Source: Promethearchaeota archaeon
GTDB lineage: Archaea > Asgardarchaeota > Lokiarchaeia > Sigyniarchaeales > SOKP01
Direction: 5' to 3'
Assembly: GCA_048939995.1 (NCBI GenBank)
Contig: JBHLOY010000001.1
Location: 256,001-320,000 of the forward strand
DNA length: 64,000 bases
The translations under genes and the position numbers were made by a program. Within the stretch, counting starts at the first letter, position 1. Every line of letters begins with the position of its first letter. Under the pieces are notes generated by a model. It ran no database searches. It was not told the DNA's origin and was given only the letters and a program-made list of their open reading frames with translations. Below are positions 1 through 10,132 of this stretch, piece after piece.

Positions 1-1
1 A

Positions 2-637
2 TTAAAAGAACGTACTTATCAAATTAATGAAGAAGCAAGGAAGAAGTTAGAAACTTTTTCAGAAGATTTAAATGTAAAATTAAGAGATAGAAATGAACAT
101 CTCTCTGCTTTTGAGAAAGAAAAAGAAGAGAAAATTTCAGAAATTATGATTTTGAAAGGTCAGATTGAAGAATTATTTTCAGAATTGAAGATTATCATCC
201 AAAACAAACAGGGAATATGTTTACAAGAAGCTAAAGATTTAATTGCTTGGTCCTTAAACGATGGGCAAGCAGAATTATTTTCTAGACCAATCCAATGGGT
301 TTATATGCCATTATATGGCATGCTTATTGAAAATACGAATACTAATGAAGAAGCTTTGAAATTTGTATTTCCGGGTAACATTAAGGCAGATATTTCGAAT
401 CTGTACACAGAATTATCAGATGCGATGAAAAGCTTGAACACTACAATTTCCGAAAAGATAGAAACTGATATGGCATTAAGATCTAATTTTGAATTTTCGT
501 GCGAAAATAAAAATTTACTCAAGGATTTAAGCTTTATAAAAAAGATTCAACAAGGTGTTTCAATTTTAAGGGGAAATGGTATCATAGATAATCAGATTGA
601 GGATAAAATAAGAGAAAAACTTAAATCATTAGACTAA
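2..637 (+). CDS. Hypothetical coiled-coil protein, 5'-truncated by window edge
   Basis: The frame of ORF 146..637 is open back to position 2 (LKERTYQINEEARKKLETFSEDL...); Glu/Lys-rich helical sequence. Confidence 0.7.
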   Translation, partial: LKERTYQINEEARKKLETFSEDLNVKLRDRNEHLSAFEKEKEEKISEIMILKGQIEELFSELKIIIQNKQGICLQEAKDLIAWSLNDGQAELFSRPIQWVYMPLYGMLIENTNTNEEALKFVFPGNIKADISNLYTELSDAMKSLNTTISEKIETDMALRSNFEFSCENKNLLKDLSFIKKIQQGVSILRGNGIIDNQIEDKIREKLKSLD

Positions 638-658
638 TATACTTCTCTTCCTAAGATT

Positions 659-1333
659 ATGAATCCTAAAGAAACAAAATTCAGTAAAAAAGTAGTATTA
701 AAGAGGAAATTTCTAAGATCTCTTTTTTTAAGTATTGAGAAAGATAAAGAAAAAGGTAAAGCCAGTGATCTTGAAAAACAAATTCTTGAAGAAGGTATGG
801 TATATGTTCAGATGAGGCTGCCAGTAGATAAAATAACAAAAAAGTTTGAGAGTCAACTAAAAGAAAAAATAGAGCATAACATTTTCCATGCAAATATTAG
901 AGAGGCTACCGAGAAAGACTTACAAACGATTGTTGATATCTATAATAAATCTTGGCTGACAGCGAATACACCGTTTAGACCAATAGCGAGGGAAACCATG
1001 AAAAAGATTTTTGCTGACTCCGACACTGTATTCTTAATTGCAAGAGTTTATGGAATAGATGGAGCTTTTGTTATTCTAGATTTTGAAGGTGAACATAATG
1101 AATATGGTATTATTGCAGGATTAGGAGTATTACCCCGCTTTCAAAGAAAAGGATTAGGAACTGTATTAGGGTTAGCAGCTTGGGAATACTTTAAGAATAA
1201 AGGTGTTAAAGAGCTTAGATGCGAGGTTTATAAAGGAAATGAAAGATCTTTCAATTTTATAAAAGGACTTAATTTTGAAATATATGGGGAAAAGGCTTAT
1301 CACAAAAGCGATTTTGAGTTAGAAAACACATAA
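659..1333 (+). CDS. GNAT family N-acetyltransferase (paralog 1)
   Basis: IREATEKD start of the GNAT fold, acetyl-CoA motif A (LGVLPRFQRKGLG), N..S..F.KGLNF motif B. Confidence 0.9.
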   Translation: MNPKETKFSKKVVLKRKFLRSLFLSIEKDKEKGKASDLEKQILEEGMVYVQMRLPVDKITKKFESQLKEKIEHNIFHANIREATEKDLQTIVDIYNKSWLTANTPFRPIARETMKKIFADSDTVFLIARVYGIDGAFVILDFEGEHNEYGIIAGLGVLPRFQRKGLGTVLGLAAWEYFKNKGVKELRCEVYKGNERSFNFIKGLNFEIYGEKAYHKSDFELENT

Positions 1334-1385
1334 GATTTTTTTAAAATCTGATTTTTTATTTAAACAGCCCATTTATTATCTATAT

Positions 1386-2042
1386 TTGATAATGTCAAAG
1401 TCAAGGATTAATTTTAAGAAGAGAAAAATTAGAAGTCTATTTTTAGCTTCAGATAAAAAAAAGGCGTGCAAAGAAGATCTCGAAAGTGAACTAACAGCAA
1501 AAGGTTTGGAATATATTCAGATGAGATTACCAATTCAAAAAATAACCCCAGAATTTGAAAATAAAATAAAAGAAAGGGTAGAAGGAAATATTCTTAAAGC
1601 AAAAATCCGAGAAGCTTCAGAAAATGACTTAGAAAGTGTTGTGTATCTACATAATAGGGCTTGGATGACATCAAATGAACCATTTTCACCTTTATCTATT
1701 GAGTCATTAAAGAATTTATTTGAATATCCTGAAATCAAAATTTTTATTGCTAAAGTATATGGTATTGACGCTGGATTTGTAATTCTAGATTTTGAAGGTC
1801 CAAATGATGAATATGGTATTATTGCAGGATTAGGAGTTCTTACTAGATTTCAACGTAAAGGATTGGGGACTGTATTAGGGATGGCAGTGTGGAACTATCT
1901 TAAGGAAAAAGGAATTAAAGAACTTAGATGTGAGGTTTATAAAGACAATCAAGTTTCATATAATTTTATTAAATCATTAGGATTCGAAGAATATGACACT
2001 AAAATTTATAAATGTGAAGATTTTGAAATAAATAATAGATAA
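1386..2042 (+). CDS. GNAT family N-acetyltransferase (paralog 2, tandem duplicate)
   Basis: GVLTRFQRKGLG motif; co-linear and highly similar to 659..1333. Confidence 0.9.
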   Translation: MIMSKSRINFKKRKIRSLFLASDKKKACKEDLESELTAKGLEYIQMRLPIQKITPEFENKIKERVEGNILKAKIREASENDLESVVYLHNRAWMTSNEPFSPLSIESLKNLFEYPEIKIFIAKVYGIDAGFVILDFEGPNDEYGIIAGLGVLTRFQRKGLGTVLGMAVWNYLKEKGIKELRCEVYKDNQVSYNFIKSLGFEEYDTKIYKCEDFEINNR

Positions 2043-2061
2043 GTTTTGTAGGAGTACTATT

Positions 2062-3222
2062 TTGAAGGGGATTAATAGCATTGAGATAACTAAAGGAATT
2101 GCAGTTATCATTATCATATTTACAAATACAATAAACTATTGGTTAAATTATAGCATTGAATTCAGCTATTTCTTGAGTTTATTAATAACAATTTTTGAAT
2201 TATTTGGCTCTTCTTTATTAATATTTGTATTTTCATTTTCAATTATATTTGCTTTAAGGAAGAAAATGGGGATTTTCGCTGATAGAAAAAACCGCAATAA
2301 ATTGTTAAAACAATTTATTCTCTTAATTTTATTAGGTATTGCATATAACTTAATTTTCAATTATCTTGGAAATAGATCGATTGTATTTTGGGGTTGGAAT
2401 ATTTTAATTTTTGTTGGAGTTGGTCAAATTATATGCTATTATATATTTAAATTATTACGATGGGCGAGAATTGTAATTGGTATCATTATTATATTAATTA
2501 CACCATATATAAGAGAAGTCTTATTTTTTTGGAAGGAAAGTAATATCATAGTTTACTTTTTCCATCAAATTCTAGTATCTAGCACCCCAGTTTATCCATT
2601 TTTGCCTTTTGCTTCATTATGGTTTTTTTCAACTATTTTTTCCGAATTAATCTACGAATCTTTTCTCTTAGAGTCGGAAATAGCGCCATTAAATGCGGTA
2701 CGTTCAATTATTAAATACGCTTTTATCTTTATTATATTAAGTTTTATTTATTCTGCAATACAATTCCTCCCATTTATCGACTCATTTACTTATGATCCAA
2801 ATGCATATCCATTTATCGATAGCTTACCTATTCTAAGAGGAACGACCATCATTTATGTTCCAGGTATACCAGAAGCTCTAATAAAAGGAACTATTCAAAA
2901 TATTTTTTTCATAACTGGAACTTCTTTATTAATTATTGGTCTAACTTTTTATTTTAGGGAAATTAGAAAGAAAAAGAGTAAAATTTCCAATGTTTTAACT
3001 ATTTTTGGTAAGAGTGCTATAACTTTATTATTTTTTCAATGGCTTTTTTTACCATTATTCAATCAATTATTAACTTATTATATATATCTTCCAATTTCAC
3101 TGAGTTATGTAATCATTATTGGATTGATTATCTACTTATGGGAAAAAAATATTAATTTGAAATATAACATTGAATGGTTAATAAGAATAATAAGCAGAAA
3201 AGAAAATGAAGAAGTTATTTAA
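2062..3222 (+). CDS. Multi-pass membrane protein, HGSNAT/DUF1624 (transmembrane acyltransferase)-like
   Basis: N-terminal SIEITKGIAVIII resembles the SID..RG.A motif; W.IL..G and YP..P motifs; about 10 hydrophobic segments. Confidence 0.6.
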   Translation: MKGINSIEITKGIAVIIIIFTNTINYWLNYSIEFSYFLSLLITIFELFGSSLLIFVFSFSIIFALRKKMGIFADRKNRNKLLKQFILLILLGIAYNLIFNYLGNRSIVFWGWNILIFVGVGQIICYYIFKLLRWARIVIGIIIILITPYIREVLFFWKESNIIVYFFHQILVSSTPVYPFLPFASLWFFSTIFSELIYESFLLESEIAPLNAVRSIIKYAFIFIILSFIYSAIQFLPFIDSFTYDPNAYPFIDSLPILRGTTIIYVPGIPEALIKGTIQNIFFITGTSLLIIGLTFYFREIRKKKSKISNVLTIFGKSAITLLFFQWLFLPLFNQLLTYYIYLPISLSYVIIIGLIIYLWEKNINLKYNIEWLIRIISRKENEEVI

Positions 3223-3228
3223 CTTTTT

Positions 3229-4647
3229 TCATTTCTTTTTCAATGATTTTATCTTCTCCGAAATTAAGTCAAGATTATATTGATCTTGCAAATCTTGATA
3301 GTATAACTGCGACCTATTAAAATAATTTGAAGCTTCTTGAAATTTATTGTTATCCAAACATAAATCTCCTAATTTGTTTAATATTTCTGCCGCTTGTTTT
3401 ATGTAATTTAAAGTTTCAAATATTTCTAATGCTTCTTCATAATATTCACGTGCTTTATTAGGATCTTGTAAGTGTGTGTTATAAATTCTGGCTGATTCAC
3501 TTTTTATTTCAGCAATTTTAACTTTATCTCCATATTTCTTATAGATATTACTTGCATAATTCAAAAATTCAATAGATTTCTTATCTTCTCCTTTAAGTAA
3601 ATATAATTGCGCTAAACTTTCTAAAATTATACCCTGGTTTATGTGATCTTCTTCTTCAAAAGTTCTAATTGCTTCTAAACTTCTAATCAAGTTAACCTCT
3701 GCCAATTCATCATTGTTCCATATGAGATTCAGTTTTCCTATATAAAGGTAACATTCCCATTCTAATTTAGCTTTCAAAAAGACAGATATTTTATCTCTTA
3801 TATTATCTATAAGCTCTAATGCATTATTAAAATATTGGTAAGATTCCTCATAATAAATTTCTCCAAGTAAATAATTTAATTTACCATATTTTATGAGAGT
3901 TTGAATCAAACCATATATATCTTGATTTTTTTCAAAAAATTCAGAATTTCTTCTTAGAATTTTTGAGATTCTATCATAATCTTTGAAATTAAAAAGAATT
4001 TCAACTAAATTACTAGCTGATTTTACAGCTTCTAATTCAAAGTGGTTTATTTCAGCTAAGGTTAAAGCTTCTTGGTAATATTCATATGATTTTTCTAAAT
4101 CCTTCAGAAGATAATATACATTTCCCAAATTGTTTAATACATGAACAATTTTCATGTTATCTTTGTTATTCTTGAGGATTGTTAGGGATTCCTCAAAATG
4201 AAAGATAGCCTGATCGAAGTATCCTCTTTCCTCGTGGATCAACCCTATTTCATTATGGCAGATTGCCACCTGAGGCAAATCTTTTTCTTCTATGAAATTT
4301 TTTAAGGCTAGTTCTAAATTTGAAAGGCTTTTTGAAAAATCTCTTACTTTATAATATAGGCTGGCTTTTTTTAATAATAATTTACCCATTATTTCTCCTT
4401 GAAGCTCTCTTTGCCTTAACTCATTATCAATCTCTAATAGTTTAAGTTCAATTTCTTTATCTTCTATCGAATTTTTATCGGGTTCTTGTTCAAAATCAGT
4501 ATAAAAATAAGATTTATCTTTATATGAGGAGGAAGAATCATCAAATAAAAAATCATCTAAGTTTGTAATTAATGGTTTTCCACATTTATGACAATATAGC
4601 CAATAACTTTCTATTAATTCCTTACAATAAGGACATGTATAAGTCAT
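3229..4647 (-). CDS. Zinc-ribbon plus tetratricopeptide repeat protein
   Basis: N-terminal CPYC-x9-CHKCG; ~40-aa TPR-like repeats (NNLGNVYYLLKDLEKSYEYYQEAL). Confidence 0.85.
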   Translation of the reverse strand: MTYTCPYCKELIESYWLYCHKCGKPLITNLDDFLFDDSSSSYKDKSYFYTDFEQEPDKNSIEDKEIELKLLEIDNELRQRELQGEIMGKLLLKKASLYYKVRDFSKSLSNLELALKNFIEEKDLPQVAICHNEIGLIHEERGYFDQAIFHFEESLTILKNNKDNMKIVHVLNNLGNVYYLLKDLEKSYEYYQEALTLAEINHFELEAVKSASNLVEILFNFKDYDRISKILRRNSEFFEKNQDIYGLIQTLIKYGKLNYLLGEIYYEESYQYFNNALELIDNIRDKISVFLKAKLEWECYLYIGKLNLIWNNDELAEVNLIRSLEAIRTFEEEDHINQGIILESLAQLYLLKGEDKKSIEFLNYASNIYKKYGDKVKIAEIKSESARIYNTHLQDPNKAREYYEEALEIFETLNYIKQAAEILNKLGDLCLDNNKFQEASNYFNRSQLYYQDLQDQYNLDLISEKIKSLKKK

Positions 4648-4673
4648 CAGATATTAGAAAAAAGATAATTTCT

Positions 4674-5600
4674 TTATTTATAATTATTGTTACTTTTTAA
4701 TATCTCCTCAAAATCCTCCTTATTTAATCCAAGAGACCTTAAGAGAATTTTTAATTGCATGATTGCGTTTTTAGCATTTACTTGATTTGCCAAATGTAGG
4801 GCTTTGATAAACTTTCCTTGAGCTTTTTTAGCTTGACCTTGAAGAAATAGAATTTCTCCGACATAACTTAGACCTTTAATGATTAATTCTGAAAAGTTAC
4901 TTTTTGTAGCAAGATCTGTACCTTGTTTAAAATATTTCAAGGCTTCTATAAGCTTTTTTTCCTTCTTTTGAAGAATACCTAGATTAAATGTAGTTACAAT
5001 TATACCTTTATTATCTTTTAATCGTTTGAAAGCCTCTAATGATTTGAGATATAATTCGTTTAATATATCCCAATTTTCTTTCTTTTCATAAATATATATC
5101 AAGTTTCCTAAGCAATCTAATAAATTATAAATATCGTCATTATCTGAACAAATAGCACTACATTCTAAAAAGATCTCACATGCGTTATCTAATGTATTCA
5201 GTTTAATATAATTGTTTCCTATTCCTTTTAAACAAGTTATTTCCTCTTGAATTTGATTCAATTCTTTATAAATTTCGAAAGCTTCTGTATAAAATTCAAT
5301 TGATTTCTCATATTCATCTTTCTTATAAAATAAAACACCAAGTAATCCTAAAACAGCAGCTTGTCCTAATCTATCACGCTGATTTTTAAAATGTTTTAAA
5401 CACAATAACAAATTGTTTTCAGCTTCAGTGTAATTCTCCAACTCAATCTGAAGAAGTGCTAGATTACTTAATTCTTTGATATAGTTGGAATCTTTACCAA
5501 ATTTTTCTAATTCTTCAAGTTTATTTTTTGATTCCTCAACTAATTTTTCTATTTCCTCTTGATTCAGAGCAAAGTCTTTTCTAATGTAAATAGAACACAA
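4674..5600 (-). CDS. Tetratricopeptide repeat protein
   Basis: Repeats such as LGVLFYKKDEYEKSIEFYTEAFEI; exact start uncertain. Confidence 0.85.
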   Translation of the reverse strand: MCSIYIRKDFALNQEEIEKLVEESKNKLEELEKFGKDSNYIKELSNLALLQIELENYTEAENNLLLCLKHFKNQRDRLGQAAVLGLLGVLFYKKDEYEKSIEFYTEAFEIYKELNQIQEEITCLKGIGNNYIKLNTLDNACEIFLECSAICSDNDDIYNLLDCLGNLIYIYEKKENWDILNELYLKSLEAFKRLKDNKGIIVTTFNLGILQKKEKKLIEALKYFKQGTDLATKSNFSELIIKGLSYVGEILFLQGQAKKAQGKFIKALHLANQVNAKNAIMQLKILLRSLGLNKEDFEEILKSNNNYK

Positions 5601-5720
5601 TCACCATTAAAATATTGTTTAGTCTTTAATTTTTAATTTGAAACTAACGTTATGAACAAATAATTATAACATTCCTTAACTAATATTTATTTAATAAATG
5701 ATATTTGGTGTAAATTACTT

Positions 5721-6833
5721 ATGAAAAAGAAGGCTAGACTATGGGAAAAAATTGGAGATCATAAAGTAAAATGCCATGTATGCGCAAATGAATGTATTAT
5801 TACGTCTGGAAAGTTAGGAATTTGCCGTACTAGAAAAAATTTCGATGGTGAACTATTTACACTTATATATGGGTCATTAATATCTAAAGGTAGCTTAGAT
5901 CCCATAGAGAAAAAGCCACTCTACAATTTTTGGCCAGGTGCTATAGCTTACTCAATTGCATCTATAGGATGCTCATTTAGGTGTCAAAATTGCCAGAATT
6001 GGAATATCTCGCAGGCTACACCAAGTGATAATGGAAAGAATGGGCATTTTGACCTTGAAGGTTATAGAAATCGTGGAATTTCTTTAGTAGAGATGAAACC
6101 AGATGAGCTAGTAAAGAGAGTAGTAAATAGTGGAGCTAAGACTTTAGCATACACGTATAATGAACCACTAATATGGCATGAGTGGATTTTAGACACCACT
6201 AAACTATTAAAGGAAAAAGATATTAAAGTAATATTAGTTACTAATGGATATTCCACGCCTGAGGCTACAAAAGAATTGATTGACGTTGGAATAGATGCTG
6301 CAAATATTGACATTAAAGCGATGTCTGATAGTTTTTATAAGGAAATATGTGGAGTAAAATCTGTACAACCAGTTCTAGATACAGCAAAAAAGTTTAAAAC
6401 TGGTGGAATTCATGTAGAAATTACAAATTTAGTAATACCAAAATTAAATGATACTCAAGAGGATTTTAAGAAGTTATCTGAATGGTTGGTTGAAAACTTG
6501 GGAAAAGATACACCCCTCCATTTTTCAGCTTATCATCCTGACTTCAAAATGCCTTCAATGGAAAACACTCCATATCAAACCTTAAACCTTGCTTATAATA
6601 CTGCAAAAAAGTCTGGATTGAGTTATGTGTACGTAGGAAATATTTCTCATGAAAAAGGTGGAAATACATATTGTCCCAATTGTAACCATTTAATTATTGG
6701 TAGAAGAGGATATAGTTTTACTAATATGGATATTACTGACCATAAAAAATGCTCAAATTGTGGTTATGATTTAAATCAAGAGATTAAGGGAGAAATTAAT
6801 AGGAATTCTTCTCTTAGATTTAGCATCTTTTAA
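5721..6833 (+). CDS. amrS: AmmeMemoRadiSam-system radical SAM enzyme (PFL-activase-like)
   Basis: N-terminal CHVC..C..GICRTR, DPIEKKPLYNF, CSFRCQNCQNW (CxxxCxxC), YTYNEP, C-terminal CPNC...CSNCG. Confidence 0.85.
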   Translation: MKKKARLWEKIGDHKVKCHVCANECIITSGKLGICRTRKNFDGELFTLIYGSLISKGSLDPIEKKPLYNFWPGAIAYSIASIGCSFRCQNCQNWNISQATPSDNGKNGHFDLEGYRNRGISLVEMKPDELVKRVVNSGAKTLAYTYNEPLIWHEWILDTTKLLKEKDIKVILVTNGYSTPEATKELIDVGIDAANIDIKAMSDSFYKEICGVKSVQPVLDTAKKFKTGGIHVEITNLVIPKLNDTQEDFKKLSEWLVENLGKDTPLHFSAYHPDFKMPSMENTPYQTLNLAYNTAKKSGLSYVYVGNISHEKGGNTYCPNCNHLIIGRRGYSFTNMDITDHKKCSNCGYDLNQEIKGEINRNSSLRFSIF

Positions 6834-6886
6834 TTTTTTATAAAATAAATGAGAAAAAATAAGACTAAATATAAGAAAAAATTAAT

Positions 6887-7561
6887 TTAGAAAATTCCTG
6901 TTATTGAAACACCGACCACTAGAAGCAGAAATCCTTGAAGTATGCAAAATGCTGAAATCACAAATGCTATTGGTGGCCAAGACACACCTTTAGAAATTTT
7001 CATCAAGCCCCCTATATAGAACTTAGTTGTAAGTGCAACAATCGCAAAAATGACGATAAATAGGATAATAAAGAATAACTTCGGATTCATGGCAAGCCCA
7101 ATTATAATGTATGCTTCTTCAGGCATTACAAAAATAAGTATTAACACTACTGCGGAGCCAGCGAGCAATCCTAAAACACTTGCAATAGGCATATCATTAA
7201 TAGGTTTTAAAAATGTTAGAATACCAAATATTATTAAAAAAGCAGAAGTAAATATACTTACTTGATCTCCAGTGCCACTTATATATGCTACACTTGGTGC
7301 AATATTATACATTAAACCAGAAATTCCACATAAAAGACTAAAAACTCCTACTACAAATCCAAAATAAGTGAGTATTTTTAAAAACTTTGTAGGTTCAGCA
7401 TGCTCCCACTCTTCTACCTTTCTTTTTTCAAAGGAGCCTCTTCTTTTGGTCTCGTAAATGGCATAAATCAACCACATTAAACCTAAAATCAATAGGAAAA
7501 AACCTGCAAATGCACCTAAAGGTTTAAAGAAATTATCAACAAAATTCCATTCAAAAAACAC
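6887..7561 (-). CDS. Hypothetical multi-pass membrane protein
   Basis: About 6 hydrophobic helices; GGAGTGA SD-like site upstream. Confidence 0.7.
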   Translation of the reverse strand: MFFEWNFVDNFFKPLGAFAGFFLLILGLMWLIYAIYETKRRGSFEKRKVEEWEHAEPTKFLKILTYFGFVVGVFSLLCGISGLMYNIAPSVAYISGTGDQVSIFTSAFLIIFGILTFLKPINDMPIASVLGLLAGSAVVLILIFVMPEEAYIIIGLAMNPKLFFIILFIVIFAIVALTTKFYIGGLMKISKGVSWPPIAFVISAFCILQGFLLLVVGVSITGIF

Positions 7562-7686
7562 CTTATTTCACTCCATAAATTGAATTAAGATTTATTATTA
7601 TATAGATAATCATATGATTAAAATATATATTTAGTGGAGTCCAATAATTCAGAATATTAAAAAAGAATTAACTTCGAAATTAGGAA

Positions 7687-9384
7687 TCAATCTTTTATGA
7701 ATGCCATTATTTTTTTGATATAATTTAAATAGTTTCTGATCTCTTTATTTTTCTTGTTATCGTCCCAGAGATATTCTTTTGCCATTAGATCTGCAACTCT
7801 TTCAGCCGCTTCTGCGGCCTCTCGATGGTCTACCCATAATGACATCTCAGATCTTCTGCAAAAAACATCAATCAAATGAGTAGTTAATTCATACCTTAGT
7901 GTATAGATAATTTCAGCGCAGATGAAATAATAATCTTCTAATATCTTTTGTTTGAGGGTTTCATCTTCTTTGATGAGTTCGAGGATTTTAATTGCACCCT
8001 TTCCATATTGCTGATATAAGTGCTCAATGACATCCGCTTGCAATTCTATTCCAGACGCTTTCAATTTCTCATACCATTCCCTTTCTTCTAATCCTATAAT
8101 GAATTTTTGTCTGGAAAAATGTTTTGGTCTCTGAATATTGGGAAATATTTTTTTTTCTTCAATGTGATTAAATAAATCTTCTGCCATGGCTCTCCATTCA
8201 GTTAGTTTTCCCCCTGTAATAGTTAACAACCCATCATCAGAAAAGAAAATTATATGCTTTCTTGAAACTTCACTTTCAGATTTACCTTTTTGCATAACCA
8301 AGGGTCTTATTCCTGCATATGTAGATAAAATATTATTATAATCTATTTCTGCATTTGGAAAATAATACTTAACAGATTCTATTAAATAATCTGCATCTTC
8401 CTTATAACAAAAAGGATCTGCATAATCTTCCTTATAATCTGTATCTGTAGTACCTATTATTGTGAATTCTTTATTACGCGGTAATACGAAAAATGCCCTT
8501 CCATCCGAAATTGAGAACACTATTGCTGCCATATTATTTCTTATATGCTTTCTCCTATATTGCAAATGAACTCCTTTTGTAGGGCGAATTAAGGGTTTTG
8601 GAATCTCCTCAGGATAATTCTCTAATAAACCATCAGTCCAGACTCCAGTGGCATTGATTACTAATGTAGTTTTTATATCGAATTCACTACTCTTTTCTAA
8701 ATCCTTACATTTAACACCTACAATTTTACCGTTTTCTTTAAGATAACCAATCACTTCACAATAATTGATCGCATCTGCTCCCCTTATTACTGCTTCTTTA
8801 ATAGTTTCTATAGTCAATCGTGCGTCATCAACATTATTATCATAATAAACAGCTCCCCCTAAATTTCCGTCTCTTATGTATTCTGGCTCCATCTCAAAGA
8901 TTTCTTCAGGAGAATACCATTTATGTTTTTTATAGTTTTTATACTCTGAATCTTTATCACTTAAAATATCATAAATTTTGCATGCGCCCACTATATCACG
9001 CTTCTTGTATTTCCCATCTTTTAAAGTTACAAAAAGAAAAGGGATAGGACGAACTAAGTGAGGAATATGTGCTCTCATCCAGTTCCTTTCTCTCGTCGCT
9101 TCTTTGACTAAATCTATATCACCATGACTAAGATATCTAATACCTCCATGTGCCAATTTAGAGCTTCTCGAAGAGGTCCCAGCAGAGAAATCTTGCATAT
9201 CTAAAATCGCCACCTTCAATCCCCTCATAGCAGCTTCTCTTGCTACACCTGCACCTGTAATTCCAGCTCCAATTACTACAATATCATAACTTCTTCTTTT
9301 CAAATTATTTAAAATTGAATCTCTTGACTTTTGATTCCAAGTTTGGTCAAAAAGTTTTTCTTCTAAATTGCTCATGAATATCAT
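7687..9384 (-). CDS. glpD: FAD-dependent glycerol-3-phosphate dehydrogenase/oxidase (GlpD/GlpA family)
   Basis: IGAGITGAGVA, DFSAGTSSRSSKLAHGGIRYL, DDARL, TKGVHL, GTTD, GGKLT motifs. Confidence 0.9.
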   Translation of the reverse strand: MIFMSNLEEKLFDQTWNQKSRDSILNNLKRRSYDIVVIGAGITGAGVAREAAMRGLKVAILDMQDFSAGTSSRSSKLAHGGIRYLSHGDIDLVKEATRERNWMRAHIPHLVRPIPFLFVTLKDGKYKKRDIVGACKIYDILSDKDSEYKNYKKHKWYSPEEIFEMEPEYIRDGNLGGAVYYDNNVDDARLTIETIKEAVIRGADAINYCEVIGYLKENGKIVGVKCKDLEKSSEFDIKTTLVINATGVWTDGLLENYPEEIPKPLIRPTKGVHLQYRRKHIRNNMAAIVFSISDGRAFFVLPRNKEFTIIGTTDTDYKEDYADPFCYKEDADYLIESVKYYFPNAEIDYNNILSTYAGIRPLVMQKGKSESEVSRKHIIFFSDDGLLTITGGKLTEWRAMAEDLFNHIEEKKIFPNIQRPKHFSRQKFIIGLEEREWYEKLKASGIELQADVIEHLYQQYGKGAIKILELIKEDETLKQKILEDYYFICAEIIYTLRYELTTHLIDVFCRRSEMSLWVDHREAAEAAERVADLMAKEYLWDDNKKNKEIRNYLNYIKKIMAFIKD

Positions 9385-9460
9385 CTATAAGAATATTTGA
9401 AGATAAATTAAGTTTGTTGACATATTATCCCCAAAGATTTGGTATTTTTAATAGTTAAAA

Positions 9461-10102
9461 TTAGACTTTTTCAAATATAAATGCAATCATATGCTCAACC
9501 CCAAATTCTTTAGAGCTTTGAACTTCTCGATAAATTTTAAGAAGATTCATCCCTAATGGTTTAAATATTTCTAAAACTTCCTCTTCAGGATACGGACGTG
9601 AATACATTTTTTCTCCCATAATTTCAATAAAAATTTCATTGTCTACATTTACTCCTTTCACACGGGGTTCATTTAAAGACAGATAAAATAAACCTTTATT
9701 TTTTAGTGAGCAAACTATTCTCTTCGCAACATCCCTAAAATATGGTGGATCAAGTAAAAGCATTGAATAAGAAGAAAAAACTCCATCAAATTCATTCTCA
9801 AAATTTATGAGGGTTATGGATAATTGTCTAAAGGAGGCTTGAGGCACATTTTTTTGTGCGATTTCTATCATCTTTTCGGATATATCAATACCAAGTACTT
9901 TGAAACCTCTTTCTACCATAAATTTCACATAGGGGATTCCTGTTCCAGAGCCTAAATCTAAAATATAACCATTTTTGGGAAGTTTTTCACAAAATAACTC
10001 AACTAACGGATTAATTTTCCCATAACCTATTTTTTCATACCGTTCTGCTAGATTATTCCATGCTCTCTTATTTAATGATATGATATCTATTCTGTCTCTC
10101 AT
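9461..10102 (-). CDS. Class I SAM-dependent methyltransferase
   Basis: ILDLGSGTG motif I, GIDISEKM. Confidence 0.9.
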   Translation of the reverse strand: MRDRIDIISLNKRAWNNLAERYEKIGYGKINPLVELFCEKLPKNGYILDLGSGTGIPYVKFMVERGFKVLGIDISEKMIEIAQKNVPQASFRQLSITLINFENEFDGVFSSYSMLLLDPPYFRDVAKRIVCSLKNKGLFYLSLNEPRVKGVNVDNEIFIEIMGEKMYSRPYPEEEVLEIFKPLGMNLLKIYREVQSSKEFGVEHMIAFIFEKV

Positions 10103-10132
10103 ATTATTTTTTAAGAAATCTTAAAAAATAAA

